A DNA stretch of 64,000 bases from Octopus sinensis (lineage: Eukaryota): the NCBI RefSeq assembly GCF_006345805.1, contig NC_042998.1:178870001-178934000 (forward strand), given 5' to 3'. The number at the start of each line of letters is the position of its first letter. The first letter of the stretch is position 1. The notes beneath the pieces are model-generated. The model had not been told where the DNA came from and ran no database searches. It saw only the letters and a program-made list of their open reading frames with translations. Below are positions 48,834-61,036 of this stretch, one piece after another. The position numbers were made by a program, and so were the translations under genes.

Positions 48834-49023
48834 AAAGTTCACTCAACAACCATGTAATTTTAGGCTTTATTCTGCTGTGAGGCATCTTGGACAGGTATTT
48901 TCTTCTACAGATATTGATTGACTAATGACTGCAGAAACTATGCAGAAGCCTGACAAGTGTGTACATGAATATATGTTTCATCAGTTCCTGAAAATGTTAA
49001 ACTTTAACTAATATATATATTTA

Positions 49024-49255
49024 GGGTGGTGAGCTGGCAGAAACGTTAGCACGCCGGGCGAAATGCGTAGCCGTATTTCGTCTGTCGTTACATTCTGAGT
49101 TCAAATTCCGCCGAGGTCGACTTTGCCTTTCATCCTTTTGGGGTCGATAAATTAAGTACCAGTTTTGCACTGGGGTCGATGTAATCGACTTAATCCCTTT
49201 GTCTGTCTTTGTTTGTCCCCTCTATGTTTAGCCCCTTGTGGGTAGTAAAGAAATA
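49024..49255 (+). mobile_element. Nin/Deu-domain SINE
   Basis: Family match; inverted relative to 51780-52010. Confidence 0.9.
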
Positions 49256-49418
49256 TATATATATATATACATGTGTGTGTGTATCATCATCATCTGTTGT
49301 CCATGCTGGCATGGGTTGGCCGGTTTGATGAGAGCTGGTAAGCTGAGGGCTGCACCAAACATGAGTCTGATTTGGCATGGTTTCTAATGCCAACCACTCT
49401 GAGAGTGTAATAGGTGGC

Positions 49419-49569
49419 GAGGCAGTCAGAATTTTGGATATATCTTTATTAGCACTTTTGTTCATTTAACTGAACTCTTCGAAAAAAAAATTGGTTCAAC
49501 TTTTCTTGAAGAGTTTGGTTAAACGAATGAAAGTGTTAATAAAGAATTATCCGAAATTCTGACTGCCTC
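49419..49569. repeat. 151-bp foldback (probable MITE)
   Basis: gaggcagtcagaatt... / ...aattctgactgcctc arms of about 68 bp. Confidence 0.8.
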
Positions 49570-49703
49570 CTTTTTCTTAACATGCAATGTCTGTACACCA
49601 CTTCAAACACCCTATACATCGTCATCATTTAATGTCCATCTTCCATGCATGCATGGGTAGGATGGTTGACGGGAGCCAGCCAGGTAGAAAAATGACTCGA
49701 GGC

Positions 49704-49766
<63 letters not shown>

Positions 49767-49780
49767 TATATGTGTGTGTG

Positions 49781-49820
<40 letters not shown>

Positions 49821-50029
49821 CGTATGTAATATTTAATGTATACAGTTACGAGCTAATAATAGTTTCGTGCACTGGAGTTGTAGTCTAGGCAAGTTACCAA
49901 TGCATGAAGCTATTTGTAATTCAGAACTGTATACTATGTACATTAAATAATATTTATCACTCACTGGATGGAATACCTTTTTTGTTGATCTTACCTTAAT
50001 AAAAAAGTAAACTACATACACACACACAC

Positions 50030-50120
<91 letters not shown>

Positions 50121-50146
50121 ATATGTAACATGTATCTGTATGTATT

Positions 50147-50177
<31 letters not shown>

Positions 50178-50564
50178 ATGTATGTATGTATGTATATATA
50201 TATATATATATATATATGAAGAGGATATGTTATCTATGAACAGAAACCTGGCTGATAATATGCCAAGGTCCAGTATAATTTTATTATATAAATTCTTGCC
50301 TTCTTTAGTAATTTCTGTAAAAATTTATAGTACAGGGGTTACTAGTGCATGCAATTATCACTTTGGATGGAACAATAAATCACTGTAAAATTAGCTTCTG
50401 TTTGATGTAAAGACATTTTTGTGTGCAAAATATCTATAAAATGCAATTCCATGAAAAGGGGACACTGAACTTCAAAAGATTGAGAGGCTTAGGTCTGTTA
50501 TGAACTTTAAGACTCATAAGGCCAGAGCTTAATCCAGTTTCCATGTTATATAACGGGAAGCTTT

Positions 50565-50760
50565 ATGAAAATAAACAAGACGAAGGCAGGTGGAATACAA
50601 ACGAACAATTGTATTAGTATGGCGCTCAGGAATATAAATAAAACAAGTATTTTACGTTTCGAGCCTACGCTCTTCAACAGAAAGATACACAGAAAAAAAA
50701 CACGGGAGAGAAACAAGGAGAGAAAAAAAATGCGTGCAGAAGTCAGCGAATCAACATGGC
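50565..50760 (-). mobile_element. Isolated PLE 3' terminus (same family as 400-575)
   Basis: Alignable to 400-575 and 2260-2445. Confidence 0.75.
50649..50684 (-). ncRNA. Minimal hammerhead-like ribozyme, CUGUUGA core (family A)
   Basis: CUUU-CUGUUGA-AGAGCGUAGGCUC-GAAAC-GUA-AAAU. Confidence 0.6.
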
Positions 50761-50789
50761 GATGTTATATACTTGACTGAAGTTACAAC

Positions 50790-50993
50790 ATTCCCCTTTA
50801 ATGGGATGTCAGACTGTCACAGGTTTAACTTCCCAGCTATTGCGGGAACTCATTTATGGCTGAGTGGACCAGAACAACATGAAATGAAGTGTTTTGCTCA
50901 AGAACACCGCACACTGCTCGGTCTAGGAACTGAAACTGTGATCTTATGATTGTGAGTGCAACACCCCAACCATTAGGCCATGTATTTTCACAC
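50790..50993 (-). mobile_element. tRNA-derived SINE fragment
   Basis: tggcctaatggttggggtgttgcactc head; ttgagcaaaacacttcatttc CORE/V-like motif. Confidence 0.65.
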
Positions 50994-51779
50994 AAAAGGT
51001 TAAGAGCTATCGATCAATTGCATGTTTAATGTTAGCCTGAGAAACAGAGCACAACTAGACAGATAGTTAGGAAGATGGGAATAACTAGCTAGCTAGACAG
51101 ATAGATAGAGAGAGAGAGAGAGGCTGGGTATGAAAGCCATCATCCTGAGGTATGCAGTAGAGGTGCTTGCTCTGGTATGTGATGCAAGTGGGTGTGTTGG
51201 AATGTACTAGTGGAATGGTCTGATTTTAGAATGCTGAAATCAGACCACTCAGCTTGTCTTAACATCGCAAACAGCATTAAAAAAATGATAATGAGATTTT
51301 TTTGTAAACAAGTCCTATTCTGTCCTTTACAATCAACATTAGAAATTACTTTCATTTTCTTACTTTATGACCTTTCTTTCTACATTATACAACTGTTGCT
51401 CCTGGTCAGGCAGGTTTCTTTTTTCACTTGGAAAATTTATGCTAATATGGGACGTTTATGTGGCATGGGATTTGAAAATTGTACACATAAAAACTGAGTG
51501 ATACCTTTTGTGATTAAGGTTATATAATAATAAGTGAATGCATAAGGAAAATTTTCTTCCCAGCTGCATTAGCAGCAGAGCAAGTGTATAAATAGTTCTA
51601 ATTGCATTATCTGCACTGACCAGAACTAAGCCTATTTTGTACTGAGTGACTTGCCTGACTTTGTAGTAACCAGCTACCATAGACATCAACTTGAAAATTT
51701 ATAGTATATCTCAGGGTTTGAACATTATCCAGGAGGCTCTTTATCTGAAGACAGTAATTAGCAATTACAACTGTGATAT

Positions 51780-52010
51780 ATATTTCTTTACTACCCACAA
51801 GGGGCTAAACACAGAGGGGATAAACAAGGACAGACAAACGGATTAAGTCGATTATATTGACCCCAGTGCGTAACTGGTACTTAATTTATCGACCCCGAAA
51901 GGATGAAAGGCAAAGTCGACCTCGGCGGAATTTGAACTCAGAACGTAACGGCAGACGAAATACGGCTACGCATTTTGCCTGGCGTGCTAACGTTTCTGCC
52001 AGCTTGCCGA
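51780..52010 (-). mobile_element. Nin/Deu-domain SINE
   Basis: Family match. Confidence 0.9.
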
Positions 52011-52198
52011 ACTGTGATATAGTTTACTTCTCCCTTTTTTTATGAATATAACACAAACCATCAAACTCTGTATATGATAAGGCCAGTCAGTCTCCAACAA
52101 CTTCATATAGAGACCTTATTGTGTATTCTGTGCAGATCAGTCTCCATTAATTTCATATAGAGACCCTACATTGTTCATATAGCTGAAATTGCACAATA

Positions 52199-52237
<39 letters not shown>

Positions 52238-52302
52238 TATATATTACGGAGATGTACTTGCATAGCGAGTGACTTGATCTGAGATTGGGTGCTGGAACGA
52301 AA

Positions 52303-52578
52303 ACAATTGCAGTGCGGAAGGTGTTTATAAGCCATTTAAGAAACATGCAAAACCGTTAGATTCACTTCAACACTTATTTAATTTGTAAAAATATTTTCGG
52401 CGCTTTGAGACCGTGACCTGTTCACTGACAAAGCTTAGCACAAAGCTTTGTCAGTGAACAGGTCGCGGTGTCAAAGTGACGAAAATATTTTGACAAATTA
52501 AATTTAAATGTTGAAGTGGATCTAACGGTTTTGCGTGTTTCTTAAATGGCTTATAAACACCTTCCACGCTGCAATTGT
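52303..52578. repeat. 276-bp near-perfect palindrome (probable MITE core)
   Basis: acaattgcag...gacaaagct (loop tagcacaa) agctttgtc...ctgcaattgt; stem of about 134 bp. Confidence 0.9.
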
Positions 52579-52602
52579 GTGTATATATATATATATATAT
52601 AT

Positions 52603-52960
52603 ACTGAGTCAAGTACATCAACATCAAATGGAAATTGTAGTTGTGATACCTGTGCCGGTGGCACATAAAAGCACCATCTGAACATGGCCGATGCCAGCGC
52701 TGCCTTGACTGGCTTCCATGCCAGTGGCACGTAAAAAGCACCAACCGATCGTAGCCGTTGCCAGTCTTCCCTGGCACGTAAAAAGCAGCCACTACACTCA
52801 TGGAGTGGTTGGCATTAGGAAGGACATCAAGCTGTAGAAACACTGCCAGATCAGACTGGAGCCTGGTGCAGCCTCCTGGCTTCCCAGACCCCGGTCGAAC
52901 CGTCCAACCCATGCTAGCATGGAAAACGGACATTAAACGATGATGGTGATGATGATGATG
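52603..52960 (+). mobile_element. RTE 3'UTR remnant
   Basis: Pseudoknot units and (GAT)n tail. Confidence 0.85.
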
Positions 52961-53138
52961 GTGTGTATGTATATATATATATATATATATGCATTTATAC
53001 ATGTGTATATAAATGTATATGTATGTATTTGTACACATGTATATGTGTGTACATATATATGTTTGTGTATGTACTTGTATACATATGTATATCTGTATAT
53101 ATATATATATATTTGTTTGTGTATATGTATGTTTATGT

Positions 53139-54093
53139 GTCGACCTTGAGTGACTTTAACACAACCAAAGCACTCTATAGGGGATTAGTGGAGGGGAGGT
53201 GCGATGAGGAGCTCGGGGTGAACCTGGGCGTTGAAGAGGAATACCTGATCTGCGTGTTCAGGACGACTTTCGGGCGAGGACCTATGGACAACTTCCAGAG
53301 ATCCCTGGCCTGGCAGTGCTACCTGTTCAGGATAAGCTCTACAGACACGGCTTGAGAAACATGTGGCTGACCTGCCCGAGATGTGGTCAGACTGATGAAA
53401 CCATTCTGCATGCACTCGTGCAGTGTCCAACCATTTCCGACCTGTGGGCTTATGTCAAATGACTGCTGTCACATGTGAGATGAGTCAGTTTATCAGCCGA
53501 GTCTATCATCAATATTGTCACGCCTCCTTCCTTCAAACGGGAAGGAAGAGCTATTTTCATCATACTTGTGGCTATGGCGAAAGAATGTATCTGGTGGATG
53601 TGTCTGAAAGGATTAGAGACAAACACTTTCCTCTCTGGTCAATCTCTCATCAACTTCTTCAAGTATCACTTGAAAAGGAAGGTGAGGCAAGTTTTGTCTA
53701 GCAAATGTTTCAAAAAAAGATGGGTGAATGTAGCAAGGATGGCACGTATGAATGACGAAGCCACCTTGAGCATAATCCTATGAACCCGGAAAAATTTAAA
53801 ACAGAGAGTTACTTACTTGCAAATAAATGTGTTAACATGTGACATTATTGACTGAGGTTACCGTGGTCTTTTCCATAAGCTTTTCTTTCCACGGATAAAC
53901 CTTATCTGCTTCCCCCTTTACACTTTACATCATGACATTTCTGTGGTACACGATCCCTATTGATCGTTTTTTACCTTTTTATGATCCGTTCTGACCGAAA
54001 ACCTACCCCACTTTTTATTTTCTCCCCAAAAATAAAAGCTCTACTTTGTAATTTGTCCCATCTGTGTTCAGCCCTGTGTGGCTAATAAAAAAA
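53139..54093 (+). mobile_element. Tx1/L1-clade LINE 3' end
   Basis: LAWQC..LPV.DKL..CPRCGQTDETILHALVQC (zf-RVT CCHC), then K..IW..; 3'UTR ending aataaaaaaa. Confidence 0.85.
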
Positions 54094-54148
54094 CATGTAT
54101 GTTCATGTGTGTGTGTGTGTGTGTGTGTGTGTATACGCTTGTGTGTAT

Positions 54149-54520
54149 ATCATCATCATCATCATTTAACGTCTGTTTTCCATGCTAGCATGGGTTGGAT
54201 GGTTCAACCGGGGTCTGGTAAACCATGGAAGCTGCACCAGGCTCTAGTCTGATTTGGCAGTGTTTCTACAGCTGGATGCCCTTCCTAATGCCAACCACTC
54301 TGTGAGTGTAGTGGGTGCTTTTTACGTGCCACCGGCACAGGAGCCAGAGCAGGCTGGCAAACGGCCATGATCGGTTGGTGCTTTTATGTGTCACCGACAC
54401 GGATGCCAGTTAGGCGACGCTAGTATCTGCCACATTCAGACGGTGGTTTTTACGTGTCCCCAGCACGGGTATCTTAATTACAATTTCCATTTGAATTTTT
54501 ATTTTGATGTTGACGCTGAT
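54149..54520 (-). mobile_element. RTE 3'UTR remnant
   Basis: (CAT)n start and family motif. Confidence 0.85.
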
Positions 54521-54537
54521 GTATTTATATTATATAT

Positions 54538-54587
<50 letters not shown>

Positions 54588-54669
54588 TGTGTATATATGT
54601 TTGTGTACATATATATATATAATATATATATATATAATATATATATATATATATTATATACACATATAT

Positions 54670-55190
54670 ATATGTGGACAGGAGAGGATGCAGAGCCTAT
54701 TCGTATGTTTTGAATTTGTTAGTACTGGATGTCGAGGGTGTTTGTCTGAGGTTACTCAAATCAGACGGGTATGTTCGATTTTTAGTGCTCTCAAATTTAA
54801 ATTTAATGAAATCTTGTGCTGATGAAGGGAATGTTGGAATAGGGATGTATTTCTAGCATCTCTACATTTAACTAACCCAGAAACACGTTCACAAGTAATC
54901 TAATTTTGAGTGAACTTTCGTTATTTTTCCCTCTATGCCTACGTGAATTGTTTGTGAGTATACATTGTCTGGGAGACTCTTCTTATAGTAGAGGAAATAG
55001 CTAAATTCTTTGGCTGCTATTTCTAAAAGTTCGGTATGTGGTAAAGTAAATTTTTTTGCTGAACCCTAATTATATAAAGTAATGTTTAAATTTACTGTAA
55101 ATGGTCCTTTTACATACTGAACACTGCTTGATAAAATTATTAATTACTAATTAATTAATTAATTTTACCCTTATTATTATTGACTATATA
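54670..55190 (+). mobile_element. PLE-type terminal segment carrying a hammerhead
   Basis: Embedded between (TA)n tracts; contains the hammerhead at 54813-54895. Confidence 0.5.
54813..54895 (+). ncRNA. Type I hammerhead ribozyme with extended stem II (family E)
   Basis: CUUGUG-CUGAUGA-AGGG..(UAGGGAUG/CAUCUCUA)..CCCA-GAAAC-AC-GUU-CACAAG; 6-bp stem I. Confidence 0.75.
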
Positions 55191-55250
55191 TATATATGTT
55201 TCTGTGTATATATATATATATATATATGTATGTATATATATATATATATA

Positions 55251-55545
55251 CTAGCAGTATCGCCCGGCGTTGCTCGGGTTTTCGGGTTTGTAAGGGAAAT
55301 AACTATATAAGCATTTTTAGAGAGTTACTTCCCTTATATAATAGTGAAAAAATGCATTAAAATGGAAAAAATGATGGTAAATTTTTTTTTTAAATCGTAG
55401 ATGTGCTCTAATACCCAGAAGGGTTTGATATGAATCACGACTATAAGATACCCGGTTTTGGTTACACTGCACCGCAAAATGTGGGAGTAGTTAGGAATCT
55501 AAATCGTAGGAGACAGACACACAACTTCACTTTTATATATAAAGA
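55251..55545 (-). mobile_element. Non-autonomous Helitron
   Basis: TC 5' end; CCCG/CGGG hairpin plus CTAG|T 3' end. Confidence 0.85.
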
Positions 55546-55548
55546 AGA

Positions 55549-57090
55549 TCTCCGTTTTTGGCCTCATCGTGCAACACGGATTCACATACTCCCAACTCTG
55601 CCTGGAACAGCGTTACATTTTCAGTCAACAAACACAAACTCCTTTTGAACTCAATACAACTCCTTCCTCTTAACAACTATCTCTACACCCTCCTTTAAAA
55701 AAACACAACTTTTTATTTTATTTTATCCTCTCTTACACCCACTTCCTTTTTTTACACTGTTACCTTTTTTGTGATTTTTTATAGTTTTTTTTTTCTGTTG
55801 AATTTTAAAACTTTCTAATTGTATTAATTGTTTTATAATTGTATTAATTTCTATGTTATCTCTTCAATTTTTTATTTAAAATTTTGTTTTTATTTTATAA
55901 TTTTATATTGTAACTGTTATATTTTGTATTTCCTATTCATTTTTCATTTTTACATCTTGTACTCTCCCCCCTTTTCCCCTTTTTTTATCACTCTTATTAT
56001 ATTTTATTTCTGTAAACACGCATACATATACACATATAGACGCATGTGCACAGACATCAATGCACATATGCCTCCTCATGCACCACACACATCTGCACAG
56101 ACATGCGTATACATGCATGCACACAGGAAAGCAATATACCTCCACACACACAACCTCATGCACACACTCACATGCACGCTCATACACACAAATATGAATG
56201 CACATATACCTCACCCACCCAACAAGCACATGCATGCACACACAATGCACACAGACATGCACATATACACACACGTGCCTAACACAATCCCATGCACACC
56301 TACTCACATGCATGCACACGTGTACACACAACTACATGCACATGCATAGGAATGCACATATACCTCCACACACACAGCTCCACATACACATGCACCACAC
56401 ACACAACCCCATGTACACACACATATACTTATGCACACACAAGCACATGAATGCACACATACCTCCTATACATACATGCACACAGTTGCACATACATAGA
56501 CATACACACGCACATATATGCACATACACACAAACAGGGACGCACATGTAACTCCACACACAACCCCACACAAACATACATACACACATGCACATACACG
56601 TACAAGCACACACACTCACACACAGATGCATGCACACACTACACACAACATATACATACATGCACACACATACATACACACACACACATACTTCAATCTG
56701 CCAGTCAAGCGCCTTTCTACTGACCATTCCTCTACACACAACTACACAAAGGACCACCACTCCTGTTACCATGCTGCTGAAGTCTTCCTACAACATTAAG
56801 AGACACAAAGTTCACTCACACATATAAACAGCTAACACTATACAAACACCACACACACACACACACAAACACAACACATACACACATATATACTCACACA
56901 CACATGCTATTACACACACACATCTACACACAGATTGCGCACATGCTCATACCCACACATTAAATGGTTGCCAACCGTTAATCATTGATGGTTTGCAGTT
57001 GTTTGCTCAACATGCAGGAAATGACCACCTATTTTGTATATCTTCAGCTACCTCTGAAGAGATTCGACTTTCACATAATTTAAAATTTTA
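55549..57090 (+). mobile_element. PLE 3' end (GIY-YIG C-terminus and CA-rich 3'UTR)
   Basis: SVFGLIVQHG...LEQRYIFSQQTQTPFELN*, parallel to LSVFGL...CEQGLIFSL in the first PLE. Confidence 0.7.
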
Positions 57091-57098
57091 TTAATTAA

Positions 57099-57485
57099 CT
57101 AGCAGTATCGCCCGGCGTTGCTCGGGTTTGTAAGGGAAATAACTATATAAGCATTTTTAGAGAGTTATAGCCAAAAAATAGCAAAAAAATGCATTAAAAT
57201 GGAAAAAAAATGATGGTAAATTTTTTCAAAAATCGTAGACATTTTTAGAGAGTTACTTCCCTTATATAATAGCGAAAAAAATGCATTAAAATGGGAAAAA
57301 ATGATGGTAAATTTTTTTTTAAATCGTAGACTCATTGTAGACATGTGCTAATACCCAGAAGGGCTCGATATGAATCACAACTATAAGATACCCGGTTTTG
57401 GTTAAACTGCACCACAAAATGTGGGAGTAGTTAGGAATCTAAATCGTAGGAGACAGACACATAACCTTACTTTTATATATAAAGA
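57099..57485 (-). mobile_element. Non-autonomous Helitron
   Basis: A|TC...hairpin-CTAG|T. Confidence 0.85.
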
Positions 57486-57604
57486 TTAATTTTCTGAAGG
57501 TCTTGAATTGTAACAGTTGTAAGGGATGTTTGTCAATTTTGGCTAACTGGGAGGATAGTATCAAAGGAAAGCCAACTGGGAGGATAGTTTTTGTATGTTT
57601 GATT

Positions 57605-58640
57605 TTGATTCCCTCAACAGGTCTTCGCAATCGAGTTTGATTTCGATTTTGATATCACTTGCCTCAAAAGGTCTTCACTAGCAAAGTTTAGTGTCCAATG
57701 AAGGAAAGGCACACATAAGTGGACTGGTTACACCCCTGGCATAGGCCACAAGGTTATGGTCTTACTTGTGCTTGCTGAGTTTCTCAAGCAGAGCATATTT
57801 CCAAAAGTCTTGGTCACTAGTCATTGCCTCAGTGAGGCCCAATGTTTGAAGGTCATGCTTCACCACCTCATCCCAGGTCTTCCTGTGTCTACCTCTTCCA
57901 CAGGTTCCCTCAACTGCTAGGGTGTGGAACTTTTCTCACACAGCTATCCACGTCCATTCTCGCCACATGACCATACCAGTGCAGTTGTCTCTCTTGCACA
58001 CCACATCTGATGCTCCTTAGGTCCAACTTTTCTCTGTACTTATACTCTGTCAAGTATGCACACTGACATTGCACATTGACATTACACATCCATCGGATCA
58101 TACTGGCTTCATTCCTTGTGAGCTTATGCATGTCCTCAGCAGTCACAGCCCCTGTTTCACTGCCATGTAGCATGGCTGTTCGTACACATGCGTCATACAG
58201 TCTATCTTTTACTCTGAGCAAGAGGCCCTTTGTCACCAGCAGAGGTAAGAGCTCTCTGAACTTTGCCCAGGCTATTCTTATTCTAGCAGCTACACTTTCA
58301 GTGCACCCTCCCCCACTACTGACTTGGTCACCTAGGTAACAGAAGCTATCAACTACTTCTAGTTTTTCTCCCTGGAATGTGGCGGAAGTTGTTCTCTGCA
58401 CATTTTCAGTGTTTATTGCTCCCAAGCATCTGCCACATACAAAAACTATCTTCCCAGTTAGCCTTCCTTTGATATTACTGCACCTCTTATGTGTCCATAG
58501 CTTACACTGGGTACATCTTATAGAGTTTCTACCTACGCCTCTACTACAGATCAAGCAGGGCCAGCTACCTGAAGGGATTTGTGGTTTGCCTGCCTTCCTA
58601 CTTATTAGGACTTTGGTTTTAGCTAGGTTGACTCTAAATG
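57605..58640 (-). mobile_element. RTE LINE fragment (PHD finger, C-terminal domain, alternative 3'UTR)
   Basis: ORF 57910-58554: ICSRGVGRNSIRCTQCKLWTHKRC..CGRC..LHWYGHVARM. Confidence 0.9.
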
Positions 58641-58778
58641 TATGTATGTGTGTATATGTAGGTAGGTAGGTACGTAAGTTGGCAGAAATGTTAGTGTGCT
58701 GGGTGAAATGCTTGACAGTATTTCATCTGTCTTATCGTTCTGAGTTCAAAGTCCACCGAAGCTGACTGTACTTTTTAT

Positions 58779-59170
58779 AGACGCAAGAATGGCTGTGTGG
58801 TAAGTAGCTTGCTTACCAACCACATGGTTACGGGTTCAGCTCCACTGCGTGGCACTTTGGGCAAGTGTCTTCTACTTTAGCCTCGGGCCGACCAAAGCCT
58901 TGTGAGTGGATTTGGTAGACGAAAACTGAAAGAAGCCCGTCGTATATATGTTTACATATGCGTGTATATGTTTGTGTGTCTGTGTTCGTCCCCCCAACAT
59001 CGCTTGACAACCGATGTTGGTGTGTTTACGTCTCCGTAATTTAGCGATTCGGCAAAAGAGACCGATAGAATAAGTACTATGCTTACGAAGAATAAGTCCA
59101 GGGGTCGATTTACTCCACTAGAGGCGGTGCTCCAGCATGGCCACAGTCAAATGACAAACAAGTAAAAGAG
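58779..59170 (+). mobile_element. CORE-type SINE, preceded by a partial Nin-SINE at 58672-58772
   Basis: Family match. Confidence 0.85.
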
Positions 59171-59188
59171 CGAATGTATGTATGTATG

Positions 59189-59245
<57 letters not shown>

Positions 59246-59627
59246 ACACATATATATGTCCAATAATACTATATTTGTTCCACGTCCTTGCGCTGTTTTT
59301 TTTTGTGCTTGTTTGGATTAACTATATATGCATATATATATGGGAGCTCCTGTATGCTTATGAACTTGCTCTAATGACCTTGTTGATGACCTAATATATA
59401 TGTGTGTATATGTATATAATATATATGTGTATATATTGACCGCTAACTCCAAAAGTTTTTTATTCTCTCTTTGTTTATTTCCTCATTACACTACTGAGTA
59501 TATTAAGTGGGTGAGGGCAACAAGTGGTTTTACCCTTAATTTGTATGGCAAGAAGAATGCGGAGGGAATCCAGAGGTTGTATTCATCAGCTGTTAGACAT
59601 CCCCCCACTCAAATAAAACACTAAACT

Positions 59628-60149
59628 GGCATTCTTTCGGATTAACTCGACGACTCAATGACAAGCAATCGGTTGTTTCCGTAACAACTCAACAATTCAC
59701 TTCGGATATCTTCGTGACCTCTGTGACAGCTGCTGTAGCAGCTACTAAAATGGGAGGAGGAGGAAGAAGCTCATTGTTGTGTATGCGTACTTATTCTTGT
59801 CTGTGTGTGCGTGCTTCTCGTCTGTGTGTGTGTGCGTGCGTTCTTGTTCTTGTCTGTGTGTGTAAGTATGCAAGGCTTTTTGGTGACATAATTCGTTATA
59901 TCTATATTCCACAATACATAAATATATAACAAGCACGCACGCACACACACAGACAAGAAGAAGCACGCACACACACACACACAGACAAGAAGAAGCACGC
60001 ACGCACACACAACCCATTAGCTTTTTCCTCCTCCTCCCATTTTAGCAGCTATCACGGAGGTCACGAAGATATCCGAAGTGAATTGTCGAGTTGTCACGGA
60101 AACAACCGATTGCTGTCATTGAATCGTCGAGTTAATCCGAAAGAATGCC
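59628..60149. mobile_element. Long-TIR foldback MITE (Merlin-like)
   Basis: GGCA...TGCC ends, perfect 8-bp TSD actaaact, TIRs of about 145 bp extended by inverted (TG)/(CA) tracts. Confidence 0.85.
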
Positions 60150-60299
60150 ACTAAACTTAAATAACTAAATATATAGATGGACTGAATAACTGATTAAATG
60201 ATTAATTGAACAACTCAACACAGTTGCATAGCGCCTTGCATTTAATGTATTGTAAACATATTTTTAGCGATGAATAACAACAGCTTAGAAAAATAACTT

Positions 60300-60850
60300 A
60301 TCCGGTACCTTCTGATATTTTGTCCCTTATTAGAAATTGGTCCTTATAACTTTCGACATAGAATTTCCCCATGTATTGCCCATATATTTTGGTAAATACA
60401 CAGTTAATTCCCCTAATTAGACGGCTACAGTCTCTCAGGAGCAAACTTAACTGCATATTTCGTACATGATTGTCATAAAACACTGTAGCTTTATGTCAAT
60501 ATCTTGTGCAGAGAAACTGGTGAACCAGTTTTGTTCCGGGGCCTCTTACTGAATACCCTCCCTATCAGCTTTATAAAAGTTCAGGCTGGAAAGGAATTGG
60601 ATGCTTCTAGTAGCTTTCATGTCTACTGTTTTCTGCAGACTATAAATTGTTCTACTAAGTTATGGTACAAGAAAATGGTCAGTGTCACTCTTAACATTAT
60701 GGGTAAGGTCAAGAACAATTTTACCCTTCGTTGGGTGGAGCACTATTTGCTCTATGAATAGCATATGTTTGGGAAGTCAAGTAGAGACTCTCCTTGCCTC
60801 TGTTCATGCTGTGGCATGTCTGAGAAAAGGAGGCCCTCAGTTTAGAGAAT
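60300..60850 (-). mobile_element. Degraded CR1/L2-type LINE endonuclease-linker segment
   Basis: SDTDHFLV followed by NWF...DID.KLQCFM.IM.EIC linker-like frame with stops. Confidence 0.5.
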
Positions 60851-61036
60851 TTTTACCTCTTTATGATTGAAAATTTTACTTTATTTTGTACAAATGATTA
60901 TATAAGCCTGTGGGCACAATAAAATGGGCTCACAGGTGCAATTGCACCTGTGGGCAGGATTTTCCCCACCCCTGCTTTATATCTTGTTAATAGATTTTTA
61001 TTTCTCACAACCTGTTTTTTCTTGTTTTCTTTGTAG

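Noticed and set aside
12798-59170. tRNA-like A/B-box sequences
   Set aside because: All are SINE heads continuing into CORE or Nin domains; none folds into a complete cloverleaf, so no tRNA gene is called.
3739-59394. Dozens of ORFs rich in YI/HT/CV/MY repeats (for example 3739-4191, 10423-11280, 37088-37353, 38742-43434, 55933-56827)
   Set aside because: These are translations of (TA)n, (CA)n and (TACA)n microsatellites, which lack stop codons; they are not genes.
60504-60761. Plus-strand ORF with splice-like sites, as a possible extra SIMC1 exon
   Set aside because: The phase is incompatible with the 47898 donor, and the opposite strand reads as a LINE endonuclease-linker remnant.
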